The notes below the pieces were generated by a model. The model had not been told where the DNA came from, did not search any database, and saw only the letters and a list, made by a program, of their open reading frames with translations. Positions 1 to 9,284 of a DNA stretch of 64,000 nucleotides are shown in pieces. Each line of letters begins with the position of its first letter. Within the stretch, counting starts at the first letter, position 1. The position numbers were made by a program, and so were the translations under genes. The stretch lies in the IMG/VR virus record IMGVR_UViG_3300025161_000004, positions 62,001 through 126,000 of that record; one strand, 5' to 3'.

Positions 1-1
1 T

Positions 2-328
2 GTAGTACCAGTTGTTGATGCTGTGACTGATCGAGTTATGTCAAGACCATCTATTGATGGATTATTTGATTGTCTATACTTAACTGAGTACGAATTATTT
101 AATGTATATTTTTTTAACTCGAATAATCTACTTGTACATAAACCAGTTACTTCATACGTTATATTATCAATAGTAACTCCCGATAAACCAGTATATGTAT
201 TAAAAAATCCCCAATCTATGTTATTTGAAGTTAGAAGTATATTCATCGTATACGCAGAGTACGCAGGTGTACCTGTAGTGCCAGATGTTACTAATTTGAA
301 TGTTTTTTTTATTAACTCCATTATCCAT
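2..328 (-). CDS. Partial gene (runs off left edge), Thr/Gly/Ser-rich probable virion protein, MDNGVNKKTFKLVTSGTTG...
   Basis: ATG at 328-326 overlaps the stop of the upstream baseplate gene (TAATG). I read the frame open to the window edge. It is not in the ORF track, which shows only the + strand shadow 23..331. Confidence 0.75.
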
Positions 329-2178
329 TAAACTCTTAAATCAGTTCTTTTTCTTAAGTATACTTTTATGTCTCTTTCAGGATATTTAATTTCAAACATT
401 GAATCTGGTGTACTATAAATTGTATTATTAATCAATTTAATTTCTCCAGTAGTTTCATTTGCAAACTCCTGTTCAATAGGATTTAATGAATATCCATTTC
501 CAACTTTATTATAAATTTTCATTGAAATTATATTTATAACACCATCTATATCATTAATTGAATTTTGTAATGGTGCTAAAAAAATGTCCTCATTCATTTT
601 TTTATTTTTAATATTGAAATAATTAGTGATGGTACTAATAATATTATTTGCTATTTGACTATCATTTCTTTCTTCAACATAAACATCAATATCGATAGCT
701 ATATTGAATATTCTACCATCCCTTACCTCAATATAATCATTGACCATTCTATATTCACTTAACCACTCAGTAATATTATTTTTTAAAAGTGTATTGCTAG
801 TATTTGTTAATTTACCATTAGAGTCTATACCTAATATAACAATTACTACTTTATTATTTTCTTTAAATGCATTTGATCTAAATGGTGAACCATAACGCCC
901 TGGCATTCTGTTCACCATAGTTAGGTAATCATTTATTGTTACGGCTCTATATTGGCTTGAGTAGTTATATGATATAAGATTTCTTATTTCTTCTATGGAT
1001 AATCCATCATTACCTCCAATAGCTGGAATTGGGTTTGTCACCCTTAAACTTCTTTGTACACTATTATTTAAATCTTGACGAGCACCATTAACGCTCATTC
1101 TGAACTGACCCATTTGTGTAAGAACGTTACTACCTAAATTAGAATCACTCCCACCACCAACACGATATCTAACATATAACGTCCCTCTTTTTAGTTTCTC
1201 GCCTAATGAAGTGTTTTCTAAAAAATTCTGTAAGAATATATCATTACTAATACCAACTTTTGCAAAACCCTCTTTTAAAAGATCGAAATCAGAATTACCA
1301 CTACCAAATGTTAGTACACACAACCCATTTGCAGTATATTCCTTAATAAATTTTCTAGTCACATCAACCCATTTGCCGGCTTTAATTCCTGTACTTCCTG
1401 TAGTTGCATTTGTATTACCAGCATCCACATCCTCTAAAAATATTCTTTGTTGTGCTAAATAATCTACTTCATAATAACGAATATCTCGATTATAGAATAA
1501 TTCATCAGGTGGATTTGAACCAGCATTTTGATTTTGAACCAAAATAACACTATCTATGGATATGACATTATTATCTGGTAATGTTAATTCATAAAATGGC
1601 ACAATTTCTTGATCTGTAATAACCTTACGATAAATCTTAGTACTACCATTAATTACTATTTCTCTTTTAGTTATAAGATACGATGTGATAATACCATTCG
1701 AATCGAGAACAGGTATCTGACTTCTATTTGGATACCCTAAATTACTTACTGGTGAGGCAAAATCAATCACATCTTCTGTCTCAAAAACTTTTCCTCCACC
1801 AACTACTTGTGATTGTGGAAATAATACTGGATAATATGACGCATCTGGTTTATCACCCTTAACTGGTATCTGTACCGTAAAGTCAACTACTGTCACTGAT
1901 GGTCTTTTATTGGGTATATTAAATCCTAAGTTTTTAGCGATATTTAGGATTGATGCTCTTTGCTGTGCGTATTGTAATTGAGTTTCCTGAAACGCTCTAT
2001 CTGTATTAACCGATAAATTATTTGCTACACCAGCATTTAGGTCTATCAACATAGAACCTATATTAGAATCAGTGAAATCACTAAATACTTCTGGATAATA
2101 TTCTCGTATTAATGAAATAAGTTCATCTTTTATCTCAGTAAAGGTTTTTTTGTTATATGGTATTGTTTTATTCGCCAT
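328..2178 (-). CDS. Baseplate wedge subunit, T4 gp6-like
   Basis: N-terminal 'FTEIKDELISLIREYYPE..SDF..S.IG.MLIDL.A' helix pattern, 'AKNLGF', 'YRVGGG..SN', 'GG.D..SIEEIR' and 'RAVT..DY' motifs; adjacent to a gp25-like gene. Confidence 0.85.
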   Translation of the reverse strand: MANKTIPYNKKTFTEIKDELISLIREYYPEVFSDFTDSNIGSMLIDLNAGVANNLSVNTDRAFQETQLQYAQQRASILNIAKNLGFNIPNKRPSVTVVDFTVQIPVKGDKPDASYYPVLFPQSQVVGGGKVFETEDVIDFASPVSNLGYPNRSQIPVLDSNGIITSYLITKREIVINGSTKIYRKVITDQEIVPFYELTLPDNNVISIDSVILVQNQNAGSNPPDELFYNRDIRYYEVDYLAQQRIFLEDVDAGNTNATTGSTGIKAGKWVDVTRKFIKEYTANGLCVLTFGSGNSDFDLLKEGFAKVGISNDIFLQNFLENTSLGEKLKRGTLYVRYRVGGGSDSNLGSNVLTQMGQFRMSVNGARQDLNNSVQRSLRVTNPIPAIGGNDGLSIEEIRNLISYNYSSQYRAVTINDYLTMVNRMPGRYGSPFRSNAFKENNKVVIVILGIDSNGKLTNTSNTLLKNNITEWLSEYRMVNDYIEVRDGRIFNIAIDIDVYVEERNDSQIANNIISTITNYFNIKNKKMNEDIFLAPLQNSINDIDGVINIISMKIYNKVGNGYSLNPIEQEFANETTGEIKLINNTIYSTPDSMFEIKYPERDIKVYLRKRTDLRV

Positions 2179-2195
2179 TTTTTTTATCTGTTATT

Positions 2196-2594
2196 TTAGA
2201 ATGTTATTTCAACCACACCAGTTTCATTAAAAACACCTTCATCATACGAAAAACTAATCAATAATCTTATTTCATTCTCACTAATTGGATTATTATCTTC
2301 ATCTTTGGATGTATATATATCGATAGATGTTATTGTTAGTTGAGGAATAAATTCTTTGACAGTGTTTCTCAATTCTTCTTCTATATCACCAATTGTAATA
2401 TTATCGTTTGGTTCAAAGATGAATTTTTTTAGATTAGTCCCATAGTTAGGCATATAATATCTTTCGCCCTTTTCCGTCAATAATAGTAATAATAAATTTG
2501 AAGTTAGGACTGATTTCGTCACACTATTCATCTTGAATAGTCCATTCTTAACTTTATCATCTTCTATCGGAAATTTAATGTTGATTGATCTCAT
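2196..2594 (-). CDS. Baseplate wedge protein, gp25/GPW-like
   Basis: 'LLLLLTEKGERYYMPNYGTNL..FIFEP' signature. Likely start is MRSINIKFP at 2594, just downstream of a GTATTTAT motif, rather than 2636. Confidence 0.85.
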   Translation of the reverse strand: MRSINIKFPIEDDKVKNGLFKMNSVTKSVLTSNLLLLLLTEKGERYYMPNYGTNLKKFIFEPNDNITIGDIEEELRNTVKEFIPQLTITSIDIYTSKDEDNNPISENEIRLLISFSYDEGVFNETGVVEITF

Positions 2595-2621
2595 TGCCAA
2601 GTTTTTAATAAATACAATTAC

Positions 2622-2648
2622 AAAAAAAATCCGCAATATGCGGATTTT
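2622..2648 (-). terminator. Intrinsic terminator
   Basis: AAAATCCGCA-TAT-TGCGGATTTTTTTT hairpin with U tract downstream of 2673..3539. Confidence 0.75.
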
Positions 2649-2672
2649 AGATATCTATTTTACTATAAAATT

Positions 2673-3539
2673 TTATAGTTTTTCTACTATCTTACCACTA
2701 AACTTTAATACTTCATAATTACTATCATAATCAATTCTTTTCACATATTTATCAACTACAAAAAAATGTGTTTCACCCCATTCATCTTTAAACCATATCT
2801 GTCTAATATCACATATTTCTTTAAAAACTTCACTATTTTCATCATATTTATGTAAACCATATTTTTTATTGATAAAAAATTCATATAGTCTATGTATTGA
2901 TGATATTTGTTTGATATGTAAAAAATCAGTTAATTGTTCGATCTTATTAATCACTTCTCTGTCTCTAATCACATTAATTTTAAATTTTTTTTCTGCGGCT
3001 CTTTGAAAGTCATTTTTTAATTCATAATTATCATTCCTATAAATCAAATCTTTCATTGTAGAAAATCCATCAAGAGGTTTCGAATTATTAATCATGAATA
3101 AAACTGGATAATCATCATCTTTTACCCTTCTTTCTTCAACCTGAAGAGTAATAGCTTCTGCTATAGTCTTACCATAATACTTACTTTTAGGGTCATAAAA
3201 GCCATAATGTTCAAATCTTCTCCCCCACCTGTCCTTTTTACCATAAGACATACCATTTTTCTCTGCTACCATTTGTATTTGTTCCGCAGTAGCATGTTTC
3301 ATAAATTTTTCTGCCCTTTTTAGTATCTCATAATAATCTCTAACATATTTCTCATCTGTTTCACCAACCTCAAATTTTTTTAATAATTTACTTTCGTTTC
3401 TTTTCTTTAGTATTATTTTTTTATTTGAGTCTAATTCAAAATAATTAGTTTTAAATTCTTCTGCAACATTATTTAATGCTATTCCAATCTTTAAAAAAAT
3501 TGAATAGATTATGTTTTTTATCTGTTTAAAGATTTTCAT
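2673..3539 (-). CDS. Hypothetical protein (288 aa)
   Basis: Long ORF on the coding strand; no motif recognised. Confidence 0.75.
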   Translation of the reverse strand: MKIFKQIKNIIYSIFLKIGIALNNVAEEFKTNYFELDSNKKIILKKRNESKLLKKFEVGETDEKYVRDYYEILKRAEKFMKHATAEQIQMVAEKNGMSYGKKDRWGRRFEHYGFYDPKSKYYGKTIAEAITLQVEERRVKDDDYPVLFMINNSKPLDGFSTMKDLIYRNDNYELKNDFQRAAEKKFKINVIRDREVINKIEQLTDFLHIKQISSIHRLYEFFINKKYGLHKYDENSEVFKEICDIRQIWFKDEWGETHFFVVDKYVKRIDYDSNYEVLKFSGKIVEKL

Positions 3540-3576
3540 GTCTGTATGTTCTTTAATTTTAACTAATTATTTTTTA

Positions 3577-4974
3577 CTATACATCCAGTAATTGTTCTTT
3601 TTTAACAGAAATTGACTCATAAATTTCCGCTCTCTTATTTGTTACGTTTTTCAAATTATATTTCTCTTTAAAATCTTCATATAATTGATTACCTATTTGT
3701 TGGCGATATTCAGGATCAATAATTAATTTTTTTAAGGCTTTTGCCCAATCAGCATCAATATTCTTATTAATCATAGAATTTTTTGTATATGGTACTAATA
3801 AACAATTTCTACCATTAATACCATCCACATTATATGGTGGAATATCAGTACATACAATAGGAATTCTTCTTGTCCAGCACTCAACTTGTTTTAAATTTGA
3901 TTTCATTCTATTGAACATATTATCTGCAAGTGGTGCAATTGAAATATCCGTTTCATTTAGCACTTCAGCATAAACATTTGCTTTTTGTGTCCATCTTCTT
4001 GCGAAAACACCTTCATTGTGATATTTACCTCTCTCATAATTACGTAACCATTTTAGGTATTCCTTATCATTAATAATTCGATAATCATCGGTCAAAATTT
4101 TCTCATAACTAAGATATACCGATTCTTCGGATTTAATAGGTCTTTGATTAATAAAGAAAACTTTACCTCTATATTTATCTTTTATTGAGGTTGGGACTGG
4201 AATCATATCGATATTACCTCTTGATTTATTAATTGCCTTAATCATATCTGGAGTCCATAATCCTTTATTTTGTAGTTCTTTTCCAAATTCTTGATTAAAC
4301 ACAATATCGGTAGTAGTTCCCTCAGTATCCCAACCAGCAATAATAATTTTAAACTTACCTTTTGTATTAGGATCGCTATTTAAACGATTAATTACACCTT
4401 TTAACTGCTGAACATCATTTAGATGAGATGAACCTGCCATATATGTAATTCTAACCAAACCATTAGGATCTGGATATCTTTCATCTTTAAATTGCTTCAT
4501 CCATTCTGGATTTACTGAGTTGGGTAATACAAAAATATTATCTTTACCAGTTTGCTTTCTAATTTCGGCAGCAAATAACTCTGTAGTTGTAGTTACATAA
4601 TCCGCAATCTTAATATTATCTATAATATCGTTATAGACTTTCTTCTCCATAAATGTAATATACATTGGATGTGTCTTATCCAGCATCCAATAATCGTCAA
4701 TATCCATAACTAATACAACACCACTACTTTTAAGTTCATTAGCTAATCTAAGCATTTGTGGTACTGACGGAATCAAAAATCTATGATAATGAATAATATC
4801 GAAACCTTTTAAATAGTTGATTGTTTCTGGATCACTAAAATCTAGTGATGGATTAATTTCTACATCAAATTTATCTGAATGATCTCTTTCTAATTGTATT
4901 GCTGGAGTAAGTGTTCTATAGTAGTTAACCCCTGCACTGTCAAGGTTGTAGAATAGAATACGTTTTCTGCTCAT
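3577..4974 (-). CDS. GT-B fold glycosyltransferase (GT4-like)
   Basis: 'MDIDDYW', 'ADYVTTTT..FA', 'VLPNSV', 'DISIAPLADNMFNRMKSNLK..E' and 'DGINGRNCLLV' motifs. Confidence 0.8.
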   Translation of the reverse strand: MSRKRILFYNLDSAGVNYYRTLTPAIQLERDHSDKFDVEINPSLDFSDPETINYLKGFDIIHYHRFLIPSVPQMLRLANELKSSGVVLVMDIDDYWMLDKTHPMYITFMEKKVYNDIIDNIKIADYVTTTTELFAAEIRKQTGKDNIFVLPNSVNPEWMKQFKDERYPDPNGLVRITYMAGSSHLNDVQQLKGVINRLNSDPNTKGKFKIIIAGWDTEGTTTDIVFNQEFGKELQNKGLWTPDMIKAINKSRGNIDMIPVPTSIKDKYRGKVFFINQRPIKSEESVYLSYEKILTDDYRIINDKEYLKWLRNYERGKYHNEGVFARRWTQKANVYAEVLNETDISIAPLADNMFNRMKSNLKQVECWTRRIPIVCTDIPPYNVDGINGRNCLLVPYTKNSMINKNIDADWAKALKKLIIDPEYRQQIGNQLYEDFKEKYNLKNVTNKRAEIYESISVKKEQLLDV

Positions 4975-5064
4975 AATATTTATATTTTTTTATAATTTAT
5001 TATAAATACTATGATGCAGAACCAAAAGACACGAAAAAATAAAAAATATTTACGTCTTTAAATT

Positions 5065-5433
5065 TTATTCGAAATCTTCCGATTTCTCATCGTATTTTTT
5101 TATTTTTCTTTTTTCTTTTTTGGGTGGTTGAATATCTACCTGACTCTGCAAAGTTGGTGTTTCAGTCTTACTTACATTTGTCTGTTTTTGTTGCTGTTGA
5201 ATTTTTTCATATTCAATATCACTTATTTTTTTGACTGTGATAAGATTTTTTGCTTTTAAAATATGAACACCAAGAGGTAGATTATCAGCGTTAATAATCA
5301 TCTCTCTACCTGATGCTAATTTATAGAATTTCTTTTCAAATTGACTAAAATATTCAATATCTAGTGTTTGATTTAGATTTGGATGCCTCTTATCAAGTTT
5401 GTTTGTGATATTTTTAATTAAAAAATATGCCAT
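5065..5433 (-). CDS. Hypothetical protein (122 aa)
   Basis: ORF in a tightly packed run on the coding strand. Confidence 0.7.
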   Translation of the reverse strand: MAYFLIKNITNKLDKRHPNLNQTLDIEYFSQFEKKFYKLASGREMIINADNLPLGVHILKAKNLITVKKISDIEYEKIQQQQKQTNVSKTETPTLQSQVDIQPPKKEKRKIKKYDEKSEDFE

Positions 5434-5458
5434 ATTTCTGTTGTTAATTTAAATATTA

Positions 5459-6250
5459 TTAAAATACTTGAAGCATTATTGAACCATACTTAATTCCGTC
5501 ATAACCCATTTTTTTTGCTTTTTCTGATACAAGCATATTACATAGGTTTTCAAGTTTAGTTCCAACCTCAGTCGCAAGATCATTTAAATTTACATTAGGA
5601 AACCATATTTTAGCTAATCCAACGGTTGGTATTGTATCTTTGGTAAATGTGATATCCATTCTATCAGTATCAAGCAAATTGTCAAACTTAATTTCAAATA
5701 TCTTCATCCCTTTGTTGGGATTAAGTGAAAAAAAGTTCCCTACCTTTGAATTAGGTTTTGGCTCATCTTCTCTATACCCAATATAGATCTCACTATTTGT
5801 TTTTTTTTCGTTTTTAGGTATTTCACGGAATAATTGACTTAATATATCAGAATCTTGAACATCCTGAGATATTACTTCGTCAAGTGCTCTTTGTCTTTTA
5901 TAGTGAAAAATGTCAATTATCTTATTTAAAATTCTTGCAGCTTGATGCAGCGGTAAATCTATCTGTATAGCCCTTAATGGTTTATTTTTATTAATAAATG
6001 CTGCATATCTATGATGACCATCTAATATCTCATTATCTTTTGATAACCATATTGGTTGATTGATTTCACCACTTTTCATGATTGAAGATACTTTACATAA
6101 ATCAACTAAACCTTGCGTAGGCTTTAATTTATCAGGAGTAATCTTTAGTATTTTATAATTTACATTTTCATCGTCTAATTGATCTATAACATACAAAAAT
6201 GGTGCAGAAACCTGTGGTAAATATTTTGATCTATATCTCATTTCTATCAT
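5459..6250 (-). CDS. ParB/Sulfiredoxin-like N-terminal domain protein with a C-terminal 'GYDGI' (ART-like) region
   Basis: 'LKPTQ...PIWLSKDNEILDGHHRYAA' ParB/Srx motif; C-terminal 'GYRE..GNFFS...GYDGIKY'. Confidence 0.6.
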   Translation of the reverse strand: MIEMRYRSKYLPQVSAPFLYVIDQLDDENVNYKILKITPDKLKPTQGLVDLCKVSSIMKSGEINQPIWLSKDNEILDGHHRYAAFINKNKPLRAIQIDLPLHQAARILNKIIDIFHYKRQRALDEVISQDVQDSDILSQLFREIPKNEKKTNSEIYIGYREDEPKPNSKVGNFFSLNPNKGMKIFEIKFDNLLDTDRMDITFTKDTIPTVGLAKIWFPNVNLNDLATEVGTKLENLCNMLVSEKAKKMGYDGIKYGSIMLQVF

Positions 6251-6262
6251 TTCAAGATTTTT

Positions 6263-6829
6263 TTATAAATACTTTTTAATACTTTTTTTTATTAAAAACT
6301 CAATAGTTTGGTATCTTTCTACCAAATAAAATTGTCCGTTATTGACATGATAAATCTCTACCTTAATTGTGCTGTCAACTTCATGTTTTAATGATTTAAG
6401 TAATTCTATTTGATCGTTTTGATCGTCATAGATATTAATTTCTTCTAATGATGGAAATTTATCTAAAATATCTAATATCCTTTCTTTCTTATTTCTATTA
6501 TCATTTTTAAATGAATATTCATCAAAATATATTCCCATCGAATTAAGTAAATTCATTATAATTGGCTGAAATTTTGGTATCCTATTGGTTAATAAAACGG
6601 TGTAGGAATTAGGATTTGAATTTTCTCTTTCTAAAATATTTTTAATTTGCTCAAATGGTTTTATGTCAAAAACATTAGTATTTAAACTATCTAGTTGACC
6701 CCACCATCCTTTATGAGGATATTCTTTACCAGTTTTCTCTTTCCATAATAACCTACCAGTGTCTGGTGTAGGTACATCCATTAATGTACCGTCATGATCA
6801 ATAAAAACTAATTTAGTTATATTATTCAT
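6263..6829 (-). CDS. HAD-superfamily phosphatase (RNA-repair / polynucleotide 3'-phosphatase-like)
   Basis: Motif I 'FIDHDGTL', motif II 'LLTNR', Lys 'NKKERI', motif IV 'IYDD'; 'WW' motif typical of Swiss-army-knife RNA-repair HADs. Confidence 0.7.
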   Translation of the reverse strand: MNNITKLVFIDHDGTLMDVPTPDTGRLLWKEKTGKEYPHKGWWGQLDSLNTNVFDIKPFEQIKNILERENSNPNSYTVLLTNRIPKFQPIIMNLLNSMGIYFDEYSFKNDNRNKKERILDILDKFPSLEEINIYDDQNDQIELLKSLKHEVDSTIKVEIYHVNNGQFYLVERYQTIEFLIKKSIKKYL

Positions 6830-6833
6830 TTTA

Positions 6834-7214
6834 TTATGTGGTTATTTCTTTAACAGTCCCCTTTACCAAAAATATAATATCAAGAGGTTGCCAATTAGTA
6901 ATGTAATTACTCATAACTGGTTTTCCACCATTGTTAACGTCAACAGCAAGTGTTATGTGGGGAATTTTATTAACGCTAGGAAATCCTTCAACTCTAACTG
7001 CAATAACCTTTTCATCTATTCCTAGTGCAACAACTCTTAACATAACATCCATACCTAAGTATTTTCTATATTCCTCTTTAAGTTCACCCATGTTAATTGT
7101 CATATGGTGAGCATAGATTTTAAAATCTTTAGGTATAAATGTCTTAAATGTGTTAATTAATAAGTTATGTGAATCTTCATTAAGAACCACTGCACTATAT
7201 AATACCTTTTTCAT
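6834..7214 (-). CDS. 2H phosphoesterase (tRNA-ligase cyclic phosphodiesterase-like)
   Basis: Two HxT motifs, 'HHMTI' and 'PHITLA', followed by 'GGKPVMSN'. Confidence 0.75.
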   Translation of the reverse strand: MKKVLYSAVVLNEDSHNLLINTFKTFIPKDFKIYAHHMTINMGELKEEYRKYLGMDVMLRVVALGIDEKVIAVRVEGFPSVNKIPHITLAVDVNNGGKPVMSNYITNWQPLDIIFLVKGTVKEITT

Positions 7215-7216
7215 AA

Positions 7217-8314
7217 TTAACTTTTACTATATGAAATTATTCTAACACTAGTATTACCCATATTATCAATTGCAACTATCTTTATTTTTTGATGTGCAAT
7301 ATCTATAGAAATAGGTTCATTATACTCCACAAACTTGCCGTTATCGTTTAATTGTACTAATATTTTTTTTACACCAGACTTATTATCAATGGCTTCAATA
7401 TTAAGAATTCTTTTACTATTTAATTCGTTAATACTTTCATCGATTTTTATTTCAGGTGCTTTTATATCTAAATAAAATTCGTATACATTTGTTTCTTCCT
7501 GATTATTTATCCAATCAAGTGCATAATATTCTATTTTATGTTTACCATCTTTAAGACCTAACATTGTTATTGGTTTTTCATACGGTTTAAATCCGCCACC
7601 ATCAATACTATAATAGATTACACTAACACCGACATTATCATCAACACTACTAATAACTAATAAATCTTTAGATGATAGTATTGAGTCGCTATTATTTATT
7701 TTTGATACTGGTGCAGTATTATCGATACCAAATAATAAATTGTTTTTATCAGAAAAATATGAAATTTCGCTAATATCTTCGACATTTCCAACATTATCTA
7801 CAGAATAAAATTTGAGATTAATATCTTTTTTAGTATCAAATGATATTAAACCATCATATTTAACAAATTCAGACCCATCTATAGAGTAATAAGTTACTTT
7901 AACTCCAGAAAGGGCATCATATGATGTGAGTTTAGCTTTAACATCATCACTATAATATGTTTTACCTTTAAAAGTGTATTTTTCTTTAGATATAAAACTA
8001 ACCTTTGTAACAGGTGCTCTACTATCAGCATAAACTGTCCATAGCTGCTCTCTTAATGGTTGTACATACCTACCTAATGAATCCATCTCCCATTTAGTCC
8101 TTATATAATTAGCACCCTCAGTATCAAGATACATTGGTTTACTAAATTTATAATCTTCTTCTCCTGTGCTAATATGAATATATAGAGGTAGTGACTTATT
8201 CCATATAATACTATCACCTTTTTGATATATGGTTTTTTTTTCGGGTAATTGTGATTGACTAAACAACGGTAAAGCTATTACCGAGAATACAAATATCACT
8301 ATATAACGTTTCAT
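7217..8314 (-). CDS. Secreted/envelope protein with Ig-like (OmpL47-type) beta-sandwich repeats
   Basis: N-terminal signal peptide; repeated 'D..AP.(T/S)...D..SGV...YYSIDG..F..Y......YS.D..GN.E' units. Confidence 0.65.
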   Translation of the reverse strand: MKRYIVIFVFSVIALPLFSQSQLPEKKTIYQKGDSIIWNKSLPLYIHISTGEEDYKFSKPMYLDTEGANYIRTKWEMDSLGRYVQPLREQLWTVYADSRAPVTKVSFISKEKYTFKGKTYYSDDVKAKLTSYDALSGVKVTYYSIDGSEFVKYDGLISFDTKKDINLKFYSVDNVGNVEDISEISYFSDKNNLLFGIDNTAPVSKINNSDSILSSKDLLVISSVDDNVGVSVIYYSIDGGGFKPYEKPITMLGLKDGKHKIEYYALDWINNQEETNVYEFYLDIKAPEIKIDESINELNSKRILNIEAIDNKSGVKKILVQLNDNGKFVEYNEPISIDIAHQKIKIVAIDNMGNTSVRIISYSKS

Positions 8315-8976
8315 TAATTTTTCTCATTTTTAAATCTATCTTTTATTTGTTGTAGTTCTCTTTGCATTCTTGGGCTTAATGGTACACCATTATTTCTAAA
8401 TATCGTTGTAGAATCAAGAATAGGTTTACTTACAATTACTTCTCTTTCAGGTGTGATAAATACACGTAATATATGGGTTCGATCCAATCGAATAACATAA
8501 TTACCGGGTTCTAATTCTTCAAAAGTTTTTGTTTCAATTATCGGTTTTTCTGGAATTTTTAATTCTTCCTTATTCTTTACTTCGTTATCTTTGGCAAATC
8601 TTTTTATTTTTTCAAGCTCAGATTTGATGATATTAATTTCAGCAAGCAATTTTTTCTTTATTTCATCATCTTCTTTTTTTTTATACTCGTATGCCATTCT
8701 CTCCATTTCATTAGCTCTTTCATTTAGTGAATCTAAGCGAGATAATAATTTAGTTTTTTGTTTAATAATTTTATTAAGTATAGTATGTACATTATCCGTA
8801 TTTTTGTCAAAAGATATATTTAATTCTTCAGCTAATCTGATTATAGAATCTTCTCTTGTCATCGGTATCGATGATAATTGAATTGGTTTTTCTTCTTTTG
8901 GATTATATCCAGTACATCCAAGTAATATTAAATTACTTACGAAGAAGTATTTCAAGTACTTTATCAACTCTTTCAT
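8314..8976 (-). CDS. Predicted lipoprotein with coiled coil
   Basis: Lipobox 'LILLGC' after a basic/hydrophobic N-terminus; long heptad region. Confidence 0.6.
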   Translation of the reverse strand: MKELIKYLKYFFVSNLILLGCTGYNPKEEKPIQLSSIPMTREDSIIRLAEELNISFDKNTDNVHTILNKIIKQKTKLLSRLDSLNERANEMERMAYEYKKKEDDEIKKKLLAEINIIKSELEKIKRFAKDNEVKNKEELKIPEKPIIETKTFEELEPGNYVIRLDRTHILRVFITPEREVIVSKPILDSTTIFRNNGVPLSPRMQRELQQIKDRFKNEKN

Positions 8977-9250
8977 TTGTTTTTTCTATTTTAGAAGATA
9001 ATTCACTATTAGTCTTCTGTATATCATCTAATTGTTTCATTATTAATGCATCGTTACCTCTTGATTTTAATTGTTCCTCAAGATGTTCTATCTTTTTATC
9101 ATGCTCCTTTACCTTATAATCAGTTATCATATAATTTCCAACACCCATAGCAACAAAAAGTACAAAACCAATTATGGTTTTATAATGACTCAACTTAGTT
9201 GCTAAAATACCTTCAAAAGTATTATTCCCATTTTTTTCTGAATTTGCCAT
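8933..9250 (-). CDS. Small single-pass membrane protein with C-terminal coiled coil
   Basis: Hydrophobic stretch 'IIGFVLFVAMGVG' then heptads; overlaps the downstream lipoprotein gene by 44 nt. Confidence 0.6.
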   Translation of the reverse strand: MANSEKNGNNTFEGILATKLSHYKTIIGFVLFVAMGVGNYMITDYKVKEHDKKIEHLEEQLKSRGNDALIMKQLDDIQKTNSELSSKIEKTNERVDKVLEILLRK

Positions 9251-9284
9251 TTTATGTATTTTTTTACATACATAAATACAGTTC

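Noticed and set aside
23-331. Plus-strand 102-aa ORF and the other plus-strand ORFs in the track
   Set aside because: They lie antisense to long minus-strand genes and have shadow-like composition. The real gene here is a minus-strand ORF starting at 328.
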